64,000 bases of DNA from Gemmatimonadota bacterium (lineage in GTDB: Bacteria; Latescibacterota; UBA2968; GCA-2709665), in the NCBI GenBank assembly GCA_028874335.1, contig JAPPJY010000013.1, positions 6,526-70,525 on the forward strand, given 5' to 3'. Shown in pieces: positions 59,599 through 64,000 of this stretch. How positions within the stretch are numbered: position 1 is the stretch's first letter; the number at the start of each line of letters is the position of its first letter. The notes beneath the pieces were generated by a model. It had not been told where the DNA came from. It ran no database searches and saw only the letters and a program-made list of their open reading frames with translations. Both the position numbers and the translations under genes were made by a program.

Positions 59599-59668
59599 CT
59601 TAGCTCGAGATCGGTCGGGACGTTTCGTCACGTTTGAAGAACGAGGTTAGTCACGGAGTCGGCAGCGC

Positions 59669-60697
59669 ATGGCATTCACGAAAAACATGAAGATACCCAC
59701 GCCGGAAGCCGTTCTGGACAAGATGCCGCTTCCGAAGAACCTGAAGGGTATAAAGGAGCAGCGGGATGCGGAAATCAGCGACGTCTTCGCGCGCAGGAGC
59801 CGGAAGTTTCTCCTTGTGATCGGCCCCTGCTCCGCGCACAATGAAGACGCCGTGTGTGAATACGTCTCCCGGTTGGCGAAACTGCAGGAGGCCGTCCGGG
59901 AGACGCTGATTCTCGTGCCCCGACTCTATACCAACAAACCCCGCACAACCGGCGAGGGATACAAAGGCATGGGACATCAGCCGGACCCGCGAAAGGCGCC
60001 AGACATGTCCGAGGGCATCTACGCGGTCCGTCAGATGCACATCCGGGCGGTCCGGGAATCCCACCTGACGGCGGCCGACGAAATGCTCTATCCGGGCAAT
60101 CTGCCGTACGTCGAGGACCTGCTGAGCTATATAGCCGTGGGCGCCCGGTCGGTAGAAAACCAGCAACACCGATTGACCTGCAGCGGCGTAGACGTACCCG
60201 TTGGAATGAAGAACCCGACGGGAGGAGATCTTTCGGTTATGCTGAACGCGATTCATGCCTCCCAGATCCCGCACGTCTTCATCTATAACGGCTGGGAGGT
60301 ACGCACCGACGGCAATCCCATGACGCACGCCGTGCTTCGCGGCGCCGTGGACGTAACCGGGCGCAGCATACCGAACTACCATTTCGAGGACCTCATGTAC
60401 GCGGCGGAACTGTATCGGCAGCGGCCGCTCGCCAACGCCGCGATCGTCGTGGATACGAATCACAATAACTCGGGCAAGCAGTTCAGTGAACAGCCGCGGA
60501 TCGGGTTGGAAGTGATACGCAGCCGGCAGAATTCGGCGTTCCTGAACGACATGATCCGCGGATTGATGGTGGAGAGCCATCTGGTTGAGGGGGCGCAAGA
60601 CGTCAATGACGGCGTGTACGGCAAATCCATTACCGATCCATGCCTGGGGTGGGAAGATACCGAGGCGTTCGTAAAGGAACTGGCCGAGGGGATATGA
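59669..60697 (+). CDS. aroG: 3-deoxy-7-phosphoheptulonate (DAHP) synthase, class I-alpha type
   Basis: LLVIGPCSAHN, KPRTT, GARSVENQQHR, VGMKNP, DTNHNNSGKQ, MVESHLVEGAQ, YGKSITDPCLGWEDT. The motifs match the E. coli AroG-type pattern from memory. Confidence 0.9.
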   Translation: MAFTKNMKIPTPEAVLDKMPLPKNLKGIKEQRDAEISDVFARRSRKFLLVIGPCSAHNEDAVCEYVSRLAKLQEAVRETLILVPRLYTNKPRTTGEGYKGMGHQPDPRKAPDMSEGIYAVRQMHIRAVRESHLTAADEMLYPGNLPYVEDLLSYIAVGARSVENQQHRLTCSGVDVPVGMKNPTGGDLSVMLNAIHASQIPHVFIYNGWEVRTDGNPMTHAVLRGAVDVTGRSIPNYHFEDLMYAAELYRQRPLANAAIVVDTNHNNSGKQFSEQPRIGLEVIRSRQNSAFLNDMIRGLMVESHLVEGAQDVNDGVYGKSITDPCLGWEDTEAFVKELAEGI

Positions 60698-60775
60698 TCG
60701 CGAACGGGACCGGAAGGCAGGAACCGACCCGAACGTCCCGCGGGAGCTTTCGCCTCCGCCTCCGAGGATGACCGC

Positions 60776-61888
60776 ATGGCCAACGATCCTCCTTTTGCGC
60801 GCGATGCGATTGCAGTTGTCGGGGTGGGGCTGATTGGCGGTTCGCTCGGGCTGGCGCTCAAGGGTCTGGGCATCGGAAGTCGTATCGTCGGCATCAGCCG
60901 GCAGGAGACCCTGGACGCGGCCTTCGCGCTGGATGTTATCGACGCGGGCTATCGCTATGAGGACCTCGAATCCGGGATTCGCGATGCGGCGCTGGTTTTC
61001 CTGTGCACGCCCATCGTCCGTATTCTGGACATGCTGCCTGAGGTGCTGGGAGCGGCGCGGCAGGATGCGCTCGTGACGGATGTCGGCAGCACCAAGCATG
61101 CGATTGTCTCCACGGCGACGGCCCACGCACGGGATGGCGTGCATTTCGTCGGCGGGCACCCGATGGCCGGTTCCGAGCATCGCGGGGTGGGCGCGGCGGA
61201 CCCGTTCCTTTTTCAGAATGCGATTTATGTGTTGACGCCGTCGCCGGACACGCCCGATATCGTGGTTGAAAAGCTCGCGCGTCTCGTAAGGGCGTTCGGG
61301 GCCAGACCGATGAAGATGACGCCCCGGGAACACGACCGCGCGGCGGCGGCGGTAAGCCACCTGCCGCAGATGATGGCCACAAGCCTGGTGTCCATGGTCG
61401 GAAGGATGACGGAAGACGAAGGGCTGCCGATTCGAATGGCGGCGGGGGGGTTTCGGGACCTGACGCGCATTGCTTCCAGTCCATATGAAATGTGGCGGGA
61501 CATCTGCCATACGAACGCGGCCCCGATCCGGGAGATGATCGATCTTTATATAGAGTCGCTTTCGGCAATTCGCTCGGCCGTGGACCGCGAACGCCTGGAA
61601 CAGGCATTTGCCTATGCGAATCGAATACGCGGACAGATCCCGAAGGACTCCAAGGGATTCCTGCATCCACTGCACGAAATCCTCCTCCTGGCGGAGGACA
61701 GGCCGGGCGTGATCGCCCACGTCGCCAGGACACTGGCCGGAGAGAATATCAACATAAACGACATCGAGGTGCTGAACGTGCGCGAGGGGGAAGGGGGCAC
61801 GATTCGGATGGGGTTCGATTCACGTTCGTGCGCGGAACGAGCCGTTGACGTACTGGCGAAAGCGGGCTACAGCGTGAGATTGAGATAA
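60776..61888 (+). CDS. tyrA: Prephenate dehydrogenase with C-terminal ACT domain
   Basis: IAVVGVGLIGGSLG Rossmann motif, GGHPMAGSE, C-terminal ACT-like LLLAEDRPGVIAHVARTLAGENINI. Confidence 0.9.
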   Translation: MANDPPFARDAIAVVGVGLIGGSLGLALKGLGIGSRIVGISRQETLDAAFALDVIDAGYRYEDLESGIRDAALVFLCTPIVRILDMLPEVLGAARQDALVTDVGSTKHAIVSTATAHARDGVHFVGGHPMAGSEHRGVGAADPFLFQNAIYVLTPSPDTPDIVVEKLARLVRAFGARPMKMTPREHDRAAAAVSHLPQMMATSLVSMVGRMTEDEGLPIRMAAGGFRDLTRIASSPYEMWRDICHTNAAPIREMIDLYIESLSAIRSAVDRERLEQAFAYANRIRGQIPKDSKGFLHPLHEILLLAEDRPGVIAHVARTLAGENININDIEVLNVREGEGGTIRMGFDSRSCAERAVDVLAKAGYSVRLR

Positions 61889-61889
61889 G

Positions 61890-62048
61890 AAGCTGTTTTA
61901 AAATTCCTGGTGAGTCCCGAGCGCGAGCGAAAATGTGTCGGTCAAGGCGGGCAAAGGCGCCCATATTTGGGTATACGGGTGCTTTTGACCAACGCAGACC
62001 GACGGGTTTGCAGCCGCGCGAAGACCGCTGGGGGTTTTAAGACAGCTT
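61890..62048 (-). mobile_element. MITE-like element, family B, copy 3 (inverted)
   Basis: Aligns with the reverse complement of 59413-59598 at both ends; the centre is partly diverged or deleted. Flanks are ATAAG (61885-61889, containing the tyrA TAA stop) and CTAAA (62049-62053). Confidence 0.85.
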
Positions 62049-62131
62049 CTAAAGCGTAAGATCCGGAGACGATTGAACCGGAAAGATCGCTTTCCCTCCG
62101 CTGGCGACCGCATTATAAAGAAGGCCTCGTA

Positions 62132-63430
62132 TTGGAACTCACGGCGTCGGGAATCTCCGAAGATAGCATCAAACCATCGCCCGGGCTCAAGGGGGTTACC
62201 GACCTCCCCGGCGATGCTGAACTTTCGATAATCGCCCTCGCCCTTGCGTCCACGGCCGACGGGATTTCCGAAGTGCGCAGGTGTTCGCGAAGACGCGACG
62301 TCGAGCGAACCGGTGAGTTGCTGTCGGAACTCGGGATTATGGTGGCGCGGGACGGTGAGACCGCTACGGTAACCGGCGCGCCGTTCCGGGCGACGGACAA
62401 TGTGCTGAATGTGGACGGTTCCCTTATCCTGTTTTCCTGTCTGGCGGGATTGCTGTCGAGCGCCCCATTTGTAACGAGGCTCTCCGGGGTTCAGACGGAA
62501 GACGGCGTCGACCGGGTTGCCAAGGCGCTTCGATCGCTGGGCGCGCACGTGAATATTTCGGTTACGGACGGGATATCGGCCGGTGTTGGCGGGTCAAGGT
62601 TGGCGCCCGGATCCTACCGCGTCGGACGTCCCGACCTGGCGGTGAAATGCGGCGTACTGATGGCAGGGCTGGGTGTGGACGGGCCGGTTGAACTCCTTCA
62701 GGACACCGGCGGGGACGACGATCTGGAAGTGTTGCTCCGGGCCGCGGGATGCGATCTGAAGAAGAAGCGGATCAAGGAGGACGGAGGTTATCAGTTGTTG
62801 ATGGAAGGACCCGCGCGGCTCCGCGCCGCTACCCATGAGCTGCCGGGAAGTCCGGACGCCGGGTTGTTTCTCGCCCTGGCTGCGGCGATGCTGAATCAGT
62901 CCGATCTGACGTTAAGCCATTTCGGAATGGACTCGAGAAGCCGCAGGATCGTGGACATACTGCGCAGGATGAACGTGGCTATGGATGTGACCCATTTCCG
63001 GACGGATTCCGGTTTCCCTGCCCGGAACTTACGGATCAGGGGGTCCGACCTGCGCGGCATAAGAATCGCGGGCGCGAACGCGCGACTGATGCGGGACGTG
63101 CTCCCACTCGTGGCGGTCGCAGGCGCCGTTTCCCGGGGCGAAACCATAATTCGGGATGCCGGGGCATTGAGGAATGGACCGGTTGACTGTATTTCGGTTC
63201 TCGTGGAGAACCTGAGGAAGATGGACATTCAAGTGGGAGAGATGCCGGACGGGCTGGTTGTGAAGGGGGGACAACCTCAAGGCGACGAGCTCGATGCCGC
63301 CGGCGACGCCCGCGTGTCCATGGCGCTCCGGCTGGCAGCGCTGGCCAGCGAGGGGGACACGCTCGTCAGGAATCCCGGGCCCGTGGATCAGGGGATGATG
63401 GACCGGCTGGCGTCAGTACAGAAAGCGTAG
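62132..63430 (+). CDS. EPSP synthase-fold protein with most canonical active-site motifs substituted
   Basis: Homology to 3-phosphoshikimate 1-carboxyvinyltransferase is clear along its length (LPGD...,  LRSLGA, LPGSPDAGLFLALAAAM, GDARVSMAL). However, PGDKSISHR reads PGDAELSII, GNSGTTxR reads DGSLILFS, KVKExDR reads RNGPVDC, and DHR reads DAR. TTG start is uncertain. Confidence 0.7.
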   Translation: MELTASGISEDSIKPSPGLKGVTDLPGDAELSIIALALASTADGISEVRRCSRRRDVERTGELLSELGIMVARDGETATVTGAPFRATDNVLNVDGSLILFSCLAGLLSSAPFVTRLSGVQTEDGVDRVAKALRSLGAHVNISVTDGISAGVGGSRLAPGSYRVGRPDLAVKCGVLMAGLGVDGPVELLQDTGGDDDLEVLLRAAGCDLKKKRIKEDGGYQLLMEGPARLRAATHELPGSPDAGLFLALAAAMLNQSDLTLSHFGMDSRSRRIVDILRRMNVAMDVTHFRTDSGFPARNLRIRGSDLRGIRIAGANARLMRDVLPLVAVAGAVSRGETIIRDAGALRNGPVDCISVLVENLRKMDIQVGEMPDGLVVKGGQPQGDELDAAGDARVSMALRLAALASEGDTLVRNPGPVDQGMMDRLASVQKA

Positions 63431-63523
63431 TTCCTGCGCAACATTCAGATGCCCGCCTTGCGCTGCGGCGGCAGCCGGCCGTTGCAGGCGGCGCGGGTCA
63501 ATCTTCGGTACGAGGAGAGCCTT

Positions 63524-63664
63524 ATGAGACTGGTTGTCAGGTTATTCCTTCTGGCGCTGCTGGTGTTCCTGGGAGGCGTGGTCTTCATTCGGTACACCTA
63601 CAACTGTTCGTGGAAAGAGAGTTTCGCCATTGCCGACCAGTTTGTGTCGGACCTGACCCGTTGA
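63524..63664 (+). CDS. Small single-TM protein (46 aa), hypothetical
   Basis: GAGGAGAG (63511-63518) precedes the ATG at 63524. MRLVVRLFLLALLVFLGGVVFIRYTYN... Confidence 0.4.
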   Translation: MRLVVRLFLLALLVFLGGVVFIRYTYNCSWKESFAIADQFVSDLTR

Positions 63665-63711
63665 TAACGTCGCTCCGCAGGCGAGGCCGGTTGGGCTTTT
63701 TCGACGGGCTG
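63654..63711 (-). mobile_element. MITE-like element, family C, copy 3 (mini, internal deletion)
   Basis: GACCCGTTGATAACGTCGCTCCGCAGGCGAGGCCGG|TTGGGCTTTTTCGACGGGCTG joins the two ends of 37824-37983. No clean target duplication is visible. Confidence 0.6.
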
Positions 63712-63802
63712 ACGAGCAACGCGTTGCCAGTTTCGGTTTGGAGGAACTCCGGCTGGCAATGCGCGATAACCGGAACAGAGCACCAGGCCAGAGGAGTCTG
63801 TT

Positions 63803-64000
63803 TTGGGTATTGTCTCGACCACGCGATTGCTGGGCGTGATAGGCGACCCCATCGCCCACTCGTTTTCTCCGGACATGCACAATGCAGCCATAGGCGTTCT
63901 TGAGATCGATTACTGTTACGTCGCCTTTCACGTCTTGCCGGACGGGATTGAACCGGCGCTTGAAGGTATGCGCGCACTGCAGATCCGGGGATTAAACGTT
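63803..64000 (+). CDS. aroE: Shikimate dehydrogenase, 5' part (runs off the window)
   Basis: Not in the ORF track because it is open-ended. GAGGAG (63791-63796) precedes a TTG at 63803. My translation is GIVSTTRLLGVIGDPIAHSFSPDMHNAAIGVLEIDYCYVAFHV...LQIRGLNV, which matches the AroE N-terminal signature G(V/L)IG.PI.HS.SP..HN...GxNVT. Confidence 0.8.
   Translation, partial: MGIVSTTRLLGVIGDPIAHSFSPDMHNAAIGVLEIDYCYVAFHVLPDGIEPALEGMRALQIRGLNV

Noticed and set aside
59651-61720. 689-aa minus-strand ORF
   Set aside because: It is entirely antisense to the well-supported DAHP synthase and tyrA genes, with Arg/His/Pro-rich shadow composition.

Overview
GC-rich bacterial chromosomal window. A T9SS-type C-terminal sorting domain, TonB-dependent uptake genes and canonical TTGACA/TATAAT promoters suggest an FCB-superphylum-like organism; this taxonomic guess is inference only. 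It is mostly housekeeping. Left third: a secreted 5'-nucleotidase, a small-protein/lipoprotein/TonB-receptor module, vapBC, an SDR-SDR/TauD/PTPS/amidohydrolase cluster, HIT-yidD-lgt, DUF169 plus a Cld-like gene, an orphan ABC-type ATPase, an AICAR-transformylase-only purH homologue, and a sigma-70 factor. Middle: an ECF sigma/anti-sigma/DegP-like operon, acs, queC, groESL with a perfect CIRCE operator, rhodanese, secA, nusB-ribH-ribBA-ribE-ribD, two secreted proteins (beta-propeller, S55 peptidase), rlmH, amidase, TPR protein, TonB, and a DUF457 hydrolase. The right quarter (49.5-64 kb) is the most interesting part. It is a single-strand aromatic amino-acid supraoperon (trpE-G-D-C-F, tyrS, a DRE-TIM aldolase, trpB, trpA, chorismate mutase, DAHP synthase, tyrA, an EPSP-synthase-like gene, aroE). 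It is preceded by a textbook 4-segment transcription attenuator whose leader peptide is rich in Trp, Tyr and Phe together. Three unrelated MITE-like families (11 copies in total, with terminal inverted repeats, 4-5 bp target duplications, both orientations and internal-deletion derivatives) populate intergenic gaps. They often sit exactly on stop codons, and five copies lie inside the aromatic operon. No transposase, integrase, CRISPR array, rRNA or tRNA gene was found. Many long ORFs in the track are high-GC shadow frames opposite real genes and were rejected.
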